The notes beneath the pieces are model-generated. The model saw only the letters and a program-made list of their open reading frames with translations. It had not been told where the DNA came from and searched no databases. Below are positions 1-13,104 of a DNA stretch of 64,000 nt, piece after piece. Each line of letters begins with the position of its first letter. The first letter of the stretch is position 1. Where the stretch lies: the NCBI GenBank assembly GCA_964016885.1, contig OZ024754.1, positions 2,046,001-2,110,000 of the forward strand, read 5' to 3'. Origin of the DNA: Eledone cirrhosa. Its lineage: Eukaryota. Both the position numbers and the translations under genes were made by a program.

Positions 1-478
1 TATATATATATATATATATATATATGTATACATGTATGTATTTGTTTGTGTGTGTGTGCGCGCTTTGAAAATCATCGATACGTAGTATGATTGATAAGGT
101 TTAATTATATATAGAATTACAATATGTATACACACTCAATAGGAGTGTATAAATTATCATATAAATTATCATATATATGTGTGTGTGTGTGTGTTTGTAT
201 GTGAGAGTGTTTATGAGAGAGAGTGGGAAGAGAAACAGAGGAGGTGGTAGAGAGAGAGAGGGATATATATATATAGAGAGAGAGAGGGAGGGAGGGGGTG
301 AGGGAATGAGAGAGAGGGGGACTGAAAGAGAGAGAGAGAGATGGAGGGAGAGTGAAATAAGAGACGGGGAGAGAGCATACAAGTGCTTACACTTTCTGCA
401 GACACTAACACACACACATTTTCATACATAGTTACTTTCATACGTATGTACATACATATATACACACATATATATATA

Positions 479-673
479 GGAAAAAATATGACCCCGACGG
501 CAGAGCTCAAGCCGTTTCAACGGCTATTTCTGGACTAGTCCAGAAATAGCCGTCGAAACGGCTTGAGATCGGCCGTCGGGGTCATACTTTTTCCTATTTC
601 CCATTCTACTACCCTAAGTATTGAGTACTCTGGTGCGTTATGGTCCATCTGGTTCCTTACCACAATTCCTTTG

Positions 674-675
<2 letters not shown>
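479..675 (+). mobile_element. Family A fold-back mini-element in (TA)n
   Basis: ~58-bp palindromic arms centred at 536/537 (ctggact|agtccag) plus an ~80-bp tail ending ctttgtta(ta)n. Confidence 0.8.
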
Positions 676-713
<38 letters not shown>

Positions 714-721
714 AGAGAGAG

Positions 722-761
<40 letters not shown>

Positions 762-796
762 GATATTAAACAAATGGAAATTACATTTATAAAACC

Positions 797-873
797 ATAT
801 TTATTTCATTATATATATTTCAGGGATATCATATTAAAAATATGGTATGCCCTCTTCAGACAAAATACAATAT
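797..873 (-). ncRNA. Minimal type I hammerhead ribozyme (family D, inverted copy)
   Basis: Reverse complement of the 2066-2142 motif, with better stem I pairing (UAUUUUGU/AUGAAAUA). Confidence 0.75.
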
Positions 874-2065
874 ATAGACAGTTTTATAAATAAATTTGAC
901 ATACCTTAGAGTTTACAACTTCCATTTAAAAAGTTGTTACGGTAGTGAAAATGTTAAGGACGGTTAGAAAGAAGTTTTTTTTTAATGATTTCTGCTAAAT
1001 AAGTTTGGTGAATAATTTTGGTTTTGTTTGCTTTTGACTCTGATTGCTTCTAATAAACTTGGCAATATTGTCAAATAAATTGGAGGGATTGATTGATATG
1101 CTGGGCACACTGTGTTTTTATTACGGCCCTAGATATTCTGGGGAGAAAAATATTCTTGGCGTTTTTAATATTTTAATATATTGATATCTGTTCTATTCTA
1201 TGCTTGTACGATATTCATGTAAGAAAGGGCAAGAATATTATTATTATTAATAATGTATATTTTATGTATATATATATGTATGTACACTTATGTGTATGGT
1301 AAAATCTTTTTAACGCAATGAAGAGTTCCATGTTAAATTAAAATTTACAGAGCTGATCATGTAAACTCACATGTGTCTATAATGTCAGTTTGAGATAACC
1401 TCTTTTTCTTTCTCTTTTCTCTTTTTTCATGAAAATACATATATACCTATGTATTCCAGTATTTTTTGAGGTTTTATCTCAGATTTTGATTATAAACCTA
1501 TGAATTTTTAAAATAAACATATAGTCACTATTTTTTCACACATTATTGATATGTGTCTCATTCATGAATATTGATGTTTACATTATAATTCATAGGAATT
1601 GATAGACTGATGAAACATAATATTTTAAAACTATCATTTTTGTTTCTAAGTATATCTCCTCTCCTCCTCCCTTCTACTCTTATATCGGCTGTTTTAACTC
1701 CATCTCCTGTATATCACCCCTCCCCTATCTCTCCCACCTCGTATAATAGATATTACTCGATCTACCTCTCATTTATTTTTGTTTTTATTTCTCCCCGTAT
1801 CCTTAACACTAAATAAATAAATAAACAAATGAATAATTACAGTAGCCTCTTCCCTCATAGATCTCTCATTTGGTGGTTTTCCCTTTACATACATTTCTTC
1901 ATCTTCTTCACCTTCCGCTCTTTTTTCTTTTTTTCTTTTCTCCTTTTTTCCTTTTTTCCCCGTCTTTCTTTCTAACCGTCCTTAACATTTTCACTACCGT
2001 AACAACTTTTTAAATGGAAGTTGTAAACTCTAAGGTATGTCAAATTTATTTATAAAACTGTCTAT

Positions 2066-2142
2066 ATATTGTACTTTGTCTGAAGAGGGCATACCATATT
2101 TTTAATATGATATCCCTGAAATATATATAATGAAATAAATAT
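2066..2142 (+). ncRNA. Minimal type I hammerhead ribozyme (family D)
   Basis: Stem I 5' AUAUUGUACUUUGU; core CUGAAGA 2080-2086; long stem II GGGCAUACCAUAUU-UUU-AAUAUGAUAUCCCU; GAAA 2118-2121; palindromic UAUAUA; UA with cleavage predicted after 2129; stem I 3' AUGAAAUAAAUAU. Confidence 0.75.
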
Positions 2143-2325
2143 GGTTTTATAAATGTAATTTCCATTTGTTTAATATCGTAAAATACTCCAAAACATGTTG
2201 AGTGCTTTTATATCAGTTATAAAATATTTACTCGTTGTAACCCAACATTTTAAATAAAACTTTTGCATATATATAAATATATATATTTATATATACACCT
2301 ATATATATATATATGTATATATATG

Positions 2326-2357
<32 letters not shown>

Positions 2358-2648
2358 TATATGTATATGTATATATGTATATATATATATATATATATAT
2401 GTATATGTATATATATATATGTATGTATATATATATATAAATATATATTATATATATGCCAACATACATATTCTTGAGGTGGTGTGCTGCATTCTTACTA
2501 TTTATAACGAGTTTACACTCCTAACATTATTAATTTCTCTCAAGAGAATAAGCTCTTTAAGAATACTATATATGACTGCCTCGATGTATGTAAGCATTCA
2601 ATCATATATGAATACATATATGCATATGTACATACATATCATACATTC

Positions 2649-2681
<33 letters not shown>

Positions 2682-2741
2682 TATAAATATATATATATGT
2701 GTATATATATATATTTAAAAGAGAAAGTGTGTGTGACAAAG

Positions 2742-2772
<31 letters not shown>

Positions 2773-3470
2773 AAAGAGAAAGTGACTTAGATAGATAGAT
2801 AAATAGATAGATAGAGAGAGAGAGAGAGTAGGGATGCATATATTCGTACGTATATAGTGATGTTGTGTTGCGCTTAATTGACAAAGACATAAGTATGTTG
2901 TTATAAATACAATCACTTACACATTCACGCTGGCAGACATACTTGCATGTAGATAGAAATATGCACGCACGAGACCAATTACTTGTCAGCGAAGCGCTAA
3001 CGCGTACATTTGCTCAGTGTTTCTACTCTATTAAATCCATACATAGAATTTATTATAAATATCACCCGTCTATATCAGACTAATTTTGTTCTTGTTAGTT
3101 CGATATTATAGTTGTTGTTGTTACTGAAATTCTTGTTTGATTCCTGTTGATATATTTGTGTGCCGTTGTTAATTATTCAGCGCCTATTCGTCGCTGATCA
3201 TGTAAACCTATCATCAAGAGAATTCTATCTCTGAGCATCTCGTCTTTATGTTTCTCGTTGTTTATCTCAGACTATATTCTCTGCTTTACCTTTTGCTGAA
3301 ATTAATTCGTATAACTGCTACTCTGTTGACCGTATTCACAATGGACGCAGTAAGGTCAAATTTAAAGGCTACGATATTCGTTTCACAATCATTAATTTCG
3401 ATGTTAAATACTTCTCCATATTGTCGTTTGTTATTTCTTCTGTTTCCCCCCCATTCCTACTTAGTGATGT

Positions 3471-3850
3471 CGCATGGCTTAGTGGTTAGAACATTGGGCT
3501 TGCAATCGAAAGGTTGTGAGTTCAATTCTCGGACCGGGTGGTGTGTTGTTTCCTTGAGCAAGACACTTTATTTCACGTTGCTCCAGTTTACTCAGCTGTA
3601 GAAATGAGATGATAGGATTGGGGTCCCTATCAGTAAACCACCCATCACACCTCCAACGAGGTATACCTTGGAAGAGGCCAGCTAAGCCTGCATAGGTGTG
3701 AGCTGTTACACACACACACTGTATGTAACCTGAAGGATTGTGCTTGTAATTCAAAGAGAGCCAGCCTTGCCAAACCTTATTTCACGATAAATATCCCTGA
3801 CAATTAAGTTATGGTTACACTTGTCTGTTTAGTATCAGAAACATATACTT
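3471..3850 (+). mobile_element. tRNA-derived SINE family 2
   Basis: A box tggcttagtggtt, B box gagttcaattc, central ccttgagcaagacactttatttcacgttgctccag motif. Confidence 0.8.
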
Positions 3851-3982
3851 TAACTTCATGTGCAGGCTATTTATTTCATCAAACACCTCATAAATGCATC
3901 GTCGAAAGCGAGTGAGGTCCATCCTGTTCCCTTCCATATTGTATTCACATCAATTCACTCCCACTAGCATTATTTATGTAGA

Positions 3983-4167
3983 TTGGCAATATCGGTAGAG
4001 GATCGGTCGCCATGCTTTGCAGCAAAGCGTTATGGACGGTTACGATCCGAGTTCAAATCCCGTCGAGGATAACTTTGCCTTTCACCCTTGCGAGGTCGAT
4101 AAAATAAAGTACCAGTAATACACTGATATAATTGCTGGCCTTGTGCCAAAAGTAAAAATAATTATTT
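3983..4167 (+). mobile_element. tRNA-derived SINE family 1
   Basis: A-box-like tggcaatatcggtag, B box gagttcaaatccc, body actttgcctttcac..gtcgataaaataaagtaccagt. Confidence 0.85.
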
Positions 4168-4442
4168 ATAATCGTGTCAGTTAATTATATATCTACATTC
4201 TAAACAAGTCTTTGTAGGAAGACAAGAACACTGCCAATTCAAACAGGAATTAATATTTACGTTGTGGCTACAATTTCAGGCATAATTACATATTGTTCTC
4301 TCGGGCTTAAAGAAACAATATCATTTACAGAAAGAGTGCTCAATTCTGTTGAAGTTTAATTCTCCAGTAAAGAGAAGTATGTGTGGTTAATGAGTATGGA
4401 GAAATAGCAGTTAAATCTCAATTAACAGACACATTTTAAGAA

Positions 4443-4595
4443 CACAATATTCTATGTACTATACATGCACCTTTGATGAGTTGTAGTTCACCCGAACACT
4501 GTAGACGTTTTAGGACCACAGTATTCTATGTACTATACACACACCTTTGATGAGTTGTAGTGCACCTGAACACTGTACAAATTAATTTAGGACCA
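4443..4595. repeat. 2 x ~74-bp diverged tandem repeat
   Basis: tattctatgtactatac...cctttgatgagttgtagt.cacc.gaacactgta...taggacca occurs twice. Confidence 0.85.
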
Positions 4596-5802
4596 ATGTG
4601 GTGTTTCATATTCATAACTACGTCACGCGGTCCTTTAGAAAACCTTTGATAATAGGGCTGCTAAGTCAAGTCTATTATAACAAAGACTTTGTGTGCGATT
4701 ATATAAATAAAGATAGTATTTATAATAAATATAAACGGATATGTTAAAGCTATTGTTCGTTTCAGTACAAACATTGACTCAAGTGTCTATTCGTGAGCGA
4801 GGGATCATTTTATTTTCTTAGACGATTAACAAGCTTGCGGGACTGATATGTTGTCTTATTTTCACTTTCTAGGTCTTCCTGTTACAGTAAAGAAAGGCAT
4901 CAACGTAATTTCCCTTTTCTTCGCATTAAATGTTATATAAAACAAACAAAACATACAACAAACACTTAAACAACTACAAACAAACAAGCAAATAAACAAA
5001 CAGCTACTACACCAAGACAGGCTTCATTCATATTTAAAGTGACGTTTAATATGATTGATGTCTTTGACCATGGGCGTGCTAATGGGACTGAATCTTGTCA
5101 CAAGGAACAATATAGATGGAGAGATATGTAAGAAGTTAGAACAATAATTTGCGAACGTCGAAGGCACACACTTCCAGTCATTCCGTCTGACTATCAGTCT
5201 CCTGTACACGAGTACGAACGTATGCACGCGGGGACACACAGGCAGACAGGCAGAGGCGGATACGCAGTCAGGCGCATGACAAGTTATGGTGATACCTCCC
5301 CCACACACACACCTATACACACGTATATTACAAAACATATACACACGAAGATTCAAAACGAAGTTAAATAATACGCAAATATTCCCGCACACACACACAT
5401 AGCACACACATATAGTAATTGGTAATTACACTTCGTCATAAATAATTTCTCACTCGTATGTATGTATGTATGTATGTATGTATGTATGTATGTATGTATG
5501 TATGTATGTATGTATGTATGTATGTATGTATGTATGTATGTATGTATGTATGTATGTGTGTGTATGTGTGTGTGTATGTGTGTGTGTATGTGTGTGTATG
5601 TGTGTGTGTATGTGTATGTTCAAACACTGTCTCTCTCTCTATATATATAGGTGTGTATCTGTACGTGTGTGTGTGTGTGTGTGTACGTATGTATTCAAAC
5701 ACTGTCTCTATATATATATAGATGTGTGTGTGTATGCGTGTGTGTGTATGTATGTGTGTGTGTCTATGTGTGTGTGTACGTGTGTGTACGCAGGTATTCA
5801 AA

Positions 5803-5840
<38 letters not shown>

Positions 5841-7148
5841 GGTGTGTGTCTGTATGTGTGTACGTATGTATGCATCCCAAACCATTCCGCATCGGATTGG
5901 TGTTTACAATATATTTTCTTTATTAGAAAGGTGCCGCATGTTGGAATCGGTAGAGCGACACCAAATAATATGTGATATTTAGTTACGCGTATTTATATTC
6001 TTCAATCAATTCCCGCCAATATATTTCAATATATTCCCGCTTATATTTTGCGCTCTTGCTACTAGTTTTACTAACATATGTAAAACATGTATAATAGAAC
6101 AGACATACACAGCTCCAGAGGCAAACCGCCAGGTATTTCGAAGGATTTATTTGATAAAATGGATTGCAGTACTTGAATGTTACTATATTTTATCGATCAT
6201 GGAATGATGAGCGAAAACAGTTGATCTAGTTAGGATTTGAAATGAGATCGTCACGAACAGGAAGATATAATTTTAATCTGACGTTCTAGTGATTCAGCCA
6301 AATCTATTTGACCATTTGTTACCAAATATGTATAGAGAACATAGCGACAGTTTCCGAAATGTTCAGTGGTGAAAATCAAATCTCTGAATTCTGTTTGAAC
6401 TCCCTATTAATTGAAAGTATTGTACATATTTCAAATATGAAAGGTAAAAATGAAAGTTATATAAATAAATAATGAATAGTTCGACATGAAATCACGTGAA
6501 ACGTTAAAGTTCGATTGATTCCTTTGTTTTTCTTGGACATATTCATATCTTTTATTTTTTGATGAAGTCTTAGAACTTTCGTCTTTTTAAAGCTTTTACA
6601 GAAGTTTTAAAGCTATTAAACTTTGAACATAGCTGACATTGCCATTGCATGACCACATACATTCAAAGAAGAATCAGTGCAGGGTTAAAAGAGTGTAAGA
6701 AGTTGTGTTTCAAGATACATAAAGTCTCTCTATTGATAGTAAATTTTGTTAGTAAATAAAGTTAATCTTTGTAGTGGTTACAATTTACTTCATTTTCTCG
6801 TATAAAGTTTTTTTTTTAGTTTTTTTTTAATGTTTATTCTCCATTCAATATTGGTATCATTCAATTTCGCTTTTGTTCCACACCGAGAAATATATTATGG
6901 GCAAAATGAAAAAGATTTTTTCAAACAAATGACAGGACAGAGGAGTATGTGCCGGACTCCCAGCTAATATAGTAATAACCTGAGGTTAACAGTTACGAAA
7001 CAACATGATTTATTGACTTTTATATATATGCTACAACATGTTAAACAAATAAAGACAGGAAAGAAATGAGGTTTGGTGAAGTTCACACAGTTTCGTAAGC
7101 ACTGTTTAATACGATAAACAGAATAGACCACCTTCCCTCACTCACACG

Positions 7149-7220
<72 letters not shown>

Positions 7221-8574
7221 TTTAAATTTGGTGGTTTACCATTAGGTAGAATTGTTCGTTCTGCACGAGGTCACCGGGTTCTTACGCCACCTTGCAACTG
7301 AAATGTACATAGTATTTACAGTTATAAAAAAATTAAGGAAATTCAACATATTTGGGAACCTGTCATTTCACTTTATTATATATATATATACAAGTCTTGC
7401 CTGTTCCCACCGGCTAATCCTGTTTCAATCAACGCAATCACGGGGCCTGCACAATTTCAGCTCAATCTGACAACTGTTACCTGACCCTTAACAACATACC
7501 CAACTACCACTAAATCCTCTCTTATGCAATAATAATGTTCAATATTCAGTGTTCAGTGTTCACAGTATATTTTGGATTCTATAGAAATTATTGTATGCTT
7601 AGGAGACCCTAAAAAGTTATTTTTCAAAAACATATACAAACAAAGCACACAAAACTCCATGGTCATCGGCCGTTGATATGGACTTAGGTCCTTACTAATG
7701 GCACTACTGGTCAGAGCTTCTAACATACACACATCACATATGCAACTGTTTGGGAAGTAGAGCTTATATTTACAAAATGGTTAGTTACATTGAATATTGG
7801 ATAAAGGTTTAAAATTTGCCCAAAATATCTTCAGTCTGTTTCTCTGTTTATTTAATTTTCACATTTAATGAGGTCTCTGTTGTGTGCTTATGGTAATAAA
7901 ACATGATGGATTAGATTTCCTATGTCATGCAAAACATTACGATCATATTCTACTATTTATACACATATGGGGATAATGCTTTTGTGTATAGGATATGAAT
8001 ATGACGCATAGTCGCTTACAACTTCGTATCGTATCGTCTTAAACCCAGACAAACATATCGGCAATCGGCACACAAATCAAATTGACAAACACTTGAGTAT
8101 AATAAACACACACGCACACACACATACATATATATACAGACACATACACACACGCACACAGAAACAGACACACTCAGAGAGAAAGAGAGAGAGAGATAGA
8201 TAGATAGATAGATGAATAGATGTGTGTGTGTGTGTGTGCGTGTGCGTGTGCGTGTGTGTGTGTATGGGTGTGTGTGTGTGTGTATATGTGTGTATATGTA
8301 AGTATACAAGAGGTAGAAGCTATATAGTAAATAAAGTTAAATCGTTCAGGTAACAGATAGGTCGGATTTGATTAGTGAAGCGTGTGATGTGGTCGAATGT
8401 ATTGCATGACGGGAACGACACTAGTATAGAAACTATTCCTAGGTATATGAAGGGGAAATACACAGTAGATTAGTCATAGTAAATCACAAACTACTCCCCA
8501 CCAGCTTTACACCCACAAATACAGAGACATACACAAATATGTATGTATACATATATGCAAGTATGTTCACATGC

Positions 8575-8607
<33 letters not shown>

Positions 8608-8624
8608 TGGGTGTATGTATTAGA

Positions 8625-9240
8625 AGGCAACTCAGGAAACTGGGATAAATCCGATATAAAACCAGCGGCTCAGTAGTTACCGATGATGTTTTTTTTCTTC
8701 TTTTCGAGTTATAGCTACTGTCACTAAGAGAGTGGGATTGGTTCAGTGCACAGTCTTTCCTCACTTTAAAAAATATCTTCACGCACAGGCATTGCACGAT
8801 AGAATTAATTAATAATTATTAATAATGGTATATCGTGCAATGGCCAATGGCCATACTCGATAACGAGGGGGCAGCCATCATGTATGTAAATAAACATGTA
8901 TGATCTTAAACGTCAGCTTCGAAAAAGCCACAGTATGTACCCCAATAAGAACACGGGGAACTAGAGTTGTGAGATGTGTTGTTGTCTACTGCTCTCTACA
9001 TCTGGGTACATCACTCATTGAAATTCACAGGAAAAGTCAACTGTATGGAGCTTTATACTTCCAATACCAGGTGAGACAACATATGTGGCGTGCAAAAAAA
9101 TGTGCAAATCAATTTCTGGTGTTAAAAGGCATATGAGGGTACATAAGGATGACATCCCACAAACTGACCCAATCAATCCAATAGAGGGCACATCGTTTGT
9201 CTGTCACATTTTCTGCAGACTGTGCAAATCTAAACATCAT
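8625..9240 (+). mobile_element. RTE-like remnants: short relative of the 17069 element plus an ORF2 C-terminal fragment
   Basis: 8728-8797 matches 17280-17345(-); 8846-8879 matches the terminal hairpin; then LKRQLRK and degenerate fingers CKSISGVKRHMRVH / FVCHIFCRLCKSK. Confidence 0.6.
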
Positions 9241-9548
9241 ATATTTAAGTTAATACTAAATATACGCGCAAGCATGGCCTGCCTACCCTTGTAAACCTAG
9301 ATGTCCCTTGAAATATATTATAACTACCATTCTCTCCAGACAAAGCCACAAACATCTAAAAATATCAAAACACATTATCTGTTGGTCTGCAAACCCTGGA
9401 AATGTAAGCCCTCTTAAAAACTGACAATAATGATTTCCATTATTTCCACAAAGGGAAACCAATCCTCCCCAAAAGATGAGACGATTAAATCAACACGGGC
9501 ACTTGACTGAACTATATTATATCGACCCCGGAAGTACGAGAAGCAAAG

Positions 9549-10210
9549 GAGTTTCACTTGGGTATCACTTGGGTATCACTTGGGTATCACTTGGGTATCA
9601 CTTGAGTTTCACTTGAGTTTCACTCGAGTTTCACTCGAGTTTCACTCGAGTTTCACTCGAGTTTCACTCGAGTTTCACTCGAGTTTCACTCGAGTTTCAC
9701 TCGAGTTTCACTCGAGTTTCACTCGAGTTTCACTCGAGTTTCACTCGAGTTTCACTCGAGTTTCACTCGAGTTTCACTCGAGTTTCACTCGAGTTTCACT
9801 CGAGTTTCACTCGGGTTTCACTCGGGTTTCACTCGGGTTTCACTCGGGTTTCACTCGGGTTTCACTCGGGTTTCACTCGGGTTTCACTCGGGTTTCACTC
9901 GGGTTTCACTCGGGTTTCACTCGGGTTTCACTCGGGTTTCACTCGGGTTTCACTCGGGTTTCACTCGGGTTTCACTCGGGTTTCACTCGGGTTTCACTCG
10001 GGTTTCACTCGGGTTTCACTCGGGTTTCACTCGGGTTTCACTCGGGTTTCACTCGGGTTTCACTCGGGTTTCACTTGGGTTTCACTTGGGTTTCACTTGG
10101 GTTTCACTTGGGTTTCACTTGGGTTTCACTTGGGTTTCACTTGGGTTTCACTTGGGTTTCACTTGGGTATCACTTGGGTATCACTTGGGTATCACTTGGG
10201 TATCACTTGA
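9549..10210. repeat. 11-bp minisatellite (~60 units) G(A/G)GT(T/A)TCACT(C/T)
   Basis: Directly visible; variants are arranged in homogeneous blocks. Confidence 0.95.
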
Positions 10211-12192
10211 ACCCACAACTTAGACAGATGCAACTAAACTCTGTCAAACATCCACCGCTCTGCTTTGTTAATGTTAAGCATTCAACCACCCGTGTCGGTC
10301 TTTCTCTCTTTCGTTCTTTCTTTCTTTCATTCTTTCTTTCTTTCTGTCATTACCACTCTATTATTGAATAGCAATAGAACTAACAACAACAATAACATCA
10401 CCAACAAAAATTAATTACAATAATAACGAGGAAATTTTGTTGCCATTTTTCATTAGATTATTGAGTTAACTTTAATTAACAATGTCAATACACACCCACC
10501 ACCTACACATACATACACACATACACGCACACAGACACACATACAGAGACAGACGCACATACATACACACACACACGCATTGACAAACGCACACACACAC
10601 AGACACGCATAGACAAACGCACACACACAGACACACGCATGGACAAACGCACACACAGACACACATACACAGACACACGCATGGACAGACACACACTTGC
10701 CAGATCAATGGCACACTGCCATCATTATACTCATTACTTAAACGGCCAACACCGCCTTGCTACGTCACAGCTCCGATATCCCATCTACAATTCACTACTT
10801 TTCACTAACGCCACCTACACCGCCGCCACCACCAACCCTACCACCGCCACTACAACCACCACCATCACCACCACCACCGTACCATCACCACAACCACTGC
10901 CATCACCACCACAACCACCACCATTCCTAGTACCACCGCCACCACCATCGTACCACCACCACCATTCCTACCACCACCTCCATCGTACCACCACCACCTT
11001 GGAAATTTATGATGTTTTGTTTTGTTTTCATTATTTCTTTTCTTGTATTTTTGATAAGATGAGGATTTGCGCAAATATTAGAATAATAAGGTGTTGGAGG
11101 AAATAGAGGAGATATGTTATAGTAATGGTAGAGAGAGGAGAGAGGGGAGAGAGAGAGGGGGTGAGAGGTGTGAGGGAGGGTGATAGAGTGACAGAGAGAG
11201 GAGGGTGAGGGTAAGAGAGAAACAGAGGGTATGAGAGGGAGACAGAGTGTGTGAGAGGGAGAGTAAGGAAAAGACAGAGTAAGAGAGAAAAAGAGGGAGA
11301 GTTTGGGGGAAAGAGAGTGAGTAAAAAAAATTAAAAAAATGTGAAAAAATATGGAATAATATACAAGGCGAGAGAGAGAAATTGATTGAGAGAGAGGAAA
11401 GAGGGAGAAGAAAGATTGAGAGAGAGAGATAGATAGAGAGCGCGCGCGCGTGCGCGTGTGCGTGTGCGTGTGCATGTGCGAGAGAGAGAGAGTGTGAGAG
11501 AGAGTATGAGGGGTGGAAGGCAAATAATATTTTGAATGACAAGTAAAAAATGAATTAATCATAAAAAACGAAGGAAATAAGAGATGAAAGAGAATAACAG
11601 AATAACAGAATACAAGAATAAAAGGATACAAGAATAACAGAATAAATATAGGAAAATACGATATCAAAACAACAACAAATAAATAAATTCGAAAAAAACA
11701 AAAACAAAAAAAAGACGAAGAATGAATTATATTAAAAAATGGTAAAATATTAATTTCTGAGAATGGCACATGAAGAGATATGTGTGTGTCTGTGTGTGTA
11801 TATGTGTGTGTGTGTGTGTTTATCTGTGTGTGTTTATCCGTGTGTGTGTGTTTATCTGTGTGTGTTTATCCGTGTGTGTGTGTTTATCTGTGTGTGTTTA
11901 TCTGCGTGTGTATATATGCGTGTGTATATATGTGTTTATCTGTTTGTTAGTGTGTATGTCTGTCTGTCTGTATGTGTTTCTGTGTGTGTGTATATGTGTG
12001 TGTGTAAGTCTGTGTATATTTGTGTATATGTGTGTGTTGTTGTGTACTGCAGGATCTCTCCACATTAAATTAACCTCAGTGTAACACTGGTATTCATTTT
12101 ATCGATCTCATTCCCACTAAAAATAAAAATGAAATGGAATAGGCATTGTCAGCGTTCTCCTAATTAACATCTCAGTTTTATTATATACTATA

Positions 12193-12343
12193 TAATTGTT
12201 TCTACTTTAGGCACAAGGCCAGCAATTACCCAGAGCATTACTGGTACTTTATTTTATCGACCCCGTAAGGATGAAAGGCAAAGTTAACCTCGGCGGGATT
12301 TGAACTCAGATCGTAAAGGGACGTAACTATGCTGGAAAGCATG
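12193..12343 (-). mobile_element. SINE family 1, 5' truncated
   Basis: Reverse complement of the SINE1 consensus. Confidence 0.85.
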
Positions 12344-12349
12344 ATACTA

Positions 12350-12615
12350 TATAAGGAAGTGTGGTAAGGAACCAGGTGGACCATAACGCACCAGAGTACT
12401 CGTTACTTTCGGTGGTAGAGTGGGTAATAGGAAAAGGGTCAGGACCATTCCTTTTGATAACTACAACCTTCAGATATGCCTGATTATCGCTTGCCCATAT
12501 ATGGAATTACGCCTTGAAAAGTTCGGCTATATGATTACCACGCTAAAAATGTAATTTAGTCCAGAAATAGCCGTCGAAACGGCTTGAGCTCTGCCGTCTG
12601 GGTCCTAACACTTTT

Positions 12616-12619
<4 letters not shown>
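12350..12619. mobile_element. Family A copy with additional internal sequence
   Basis: Minus-strand tail 12350-12445, ~110 bp of unique sequence, then plus-strand agtccagaaatagccgtcgaaacggc...cctat(ata)n. Confidence 0.7.
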
Positions 12620-12668
<49 letters not shown>

Positions 12669-12911
12669 AGTTTTCCAAGAGATGGCAACAAGAATGGATC
12701 TGTTATTTTTCTCACTGCCCGTCACTTGCCGTGTCGATAGCAAATTCTTGCAGCCTCACAAGGAATTTGTTTCCAAAACGACAAGAGTTCAGTCTTCGGA
12801 CGCCGCCGGCGCTCTGCGTTATTTACACTCACCTACACCAAGTATCGACTAGTCTGTTGAAGAATGGTCTTACCAGTTTAATATTGGTATAGTCCTCACA
12901 CACACACACAC

Positions 12912-13032
12912 CGGTGAATTGGCAGTATCGGTAGAGGGTCGGACATGCTTTCCAGCATAGTTACGTCCCCTTACGATCTGAGTTCAAATCCCGCCGAGGT
13001 GAACTTTGCCTTTCATCCTTACGGGGTCGATA
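12912..13032 (+). mobile_element. SINE family 1, 3' truncated
   Basis: ttggcagtatcggtag...gagttcaaatcccgccgagg...ggggtcgata. Confidence 0.85.
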
Positions 13033-13073
13033 TACACCATGTATATAATACACACTCTCACAAACACACTTAC

Positions 13074-13102
<29 letters not shown>

Positions 13103-13104
<2 letters not shown>

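Larger units (their letters stand above)
759..2262 (+). mobile_element. Penelope-like element remnant: inverted partial pLTR + decayed body + pLTR with tail, flanked by (TA)n
   Basis: ~215-bp near-identical inverted arms (759-973 and 1966-2180), each with a hammerhead; the right arm extends ~80 bp further; (TA)n on both sides. Confidence 0.65.

Noticed and set aside
479-595. Family A/B palindromes as classic MITEs or miRNA genes
   Set aside because: The one-sided tail, variable centre and ribozyme-like motifs fit retroelement fold-backs better; miRNA status cannot be shown without reads.
3471-4167. tRNA genes
   Set aside because: A/B boxes continue into repeated SINE bodies; no cloverleaf or terminator.
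9085-9294. Host C2H2 zinc-finger gene
   Set aside because: Fingers are degenerate, lack TGEKP linkers and lie among RTE-like pieces.
9549-10210. Telomeric repeat
   Set aside because: The unit is not TTAGGG-like and the array is internal to a SINE.
9580-10371. 263-aa ORF of repeated VSLEFHSSFTR units
   Set aside because: By-product of an 11-bp repeat lacking stop codons, and it sits inside a SINE remnant.
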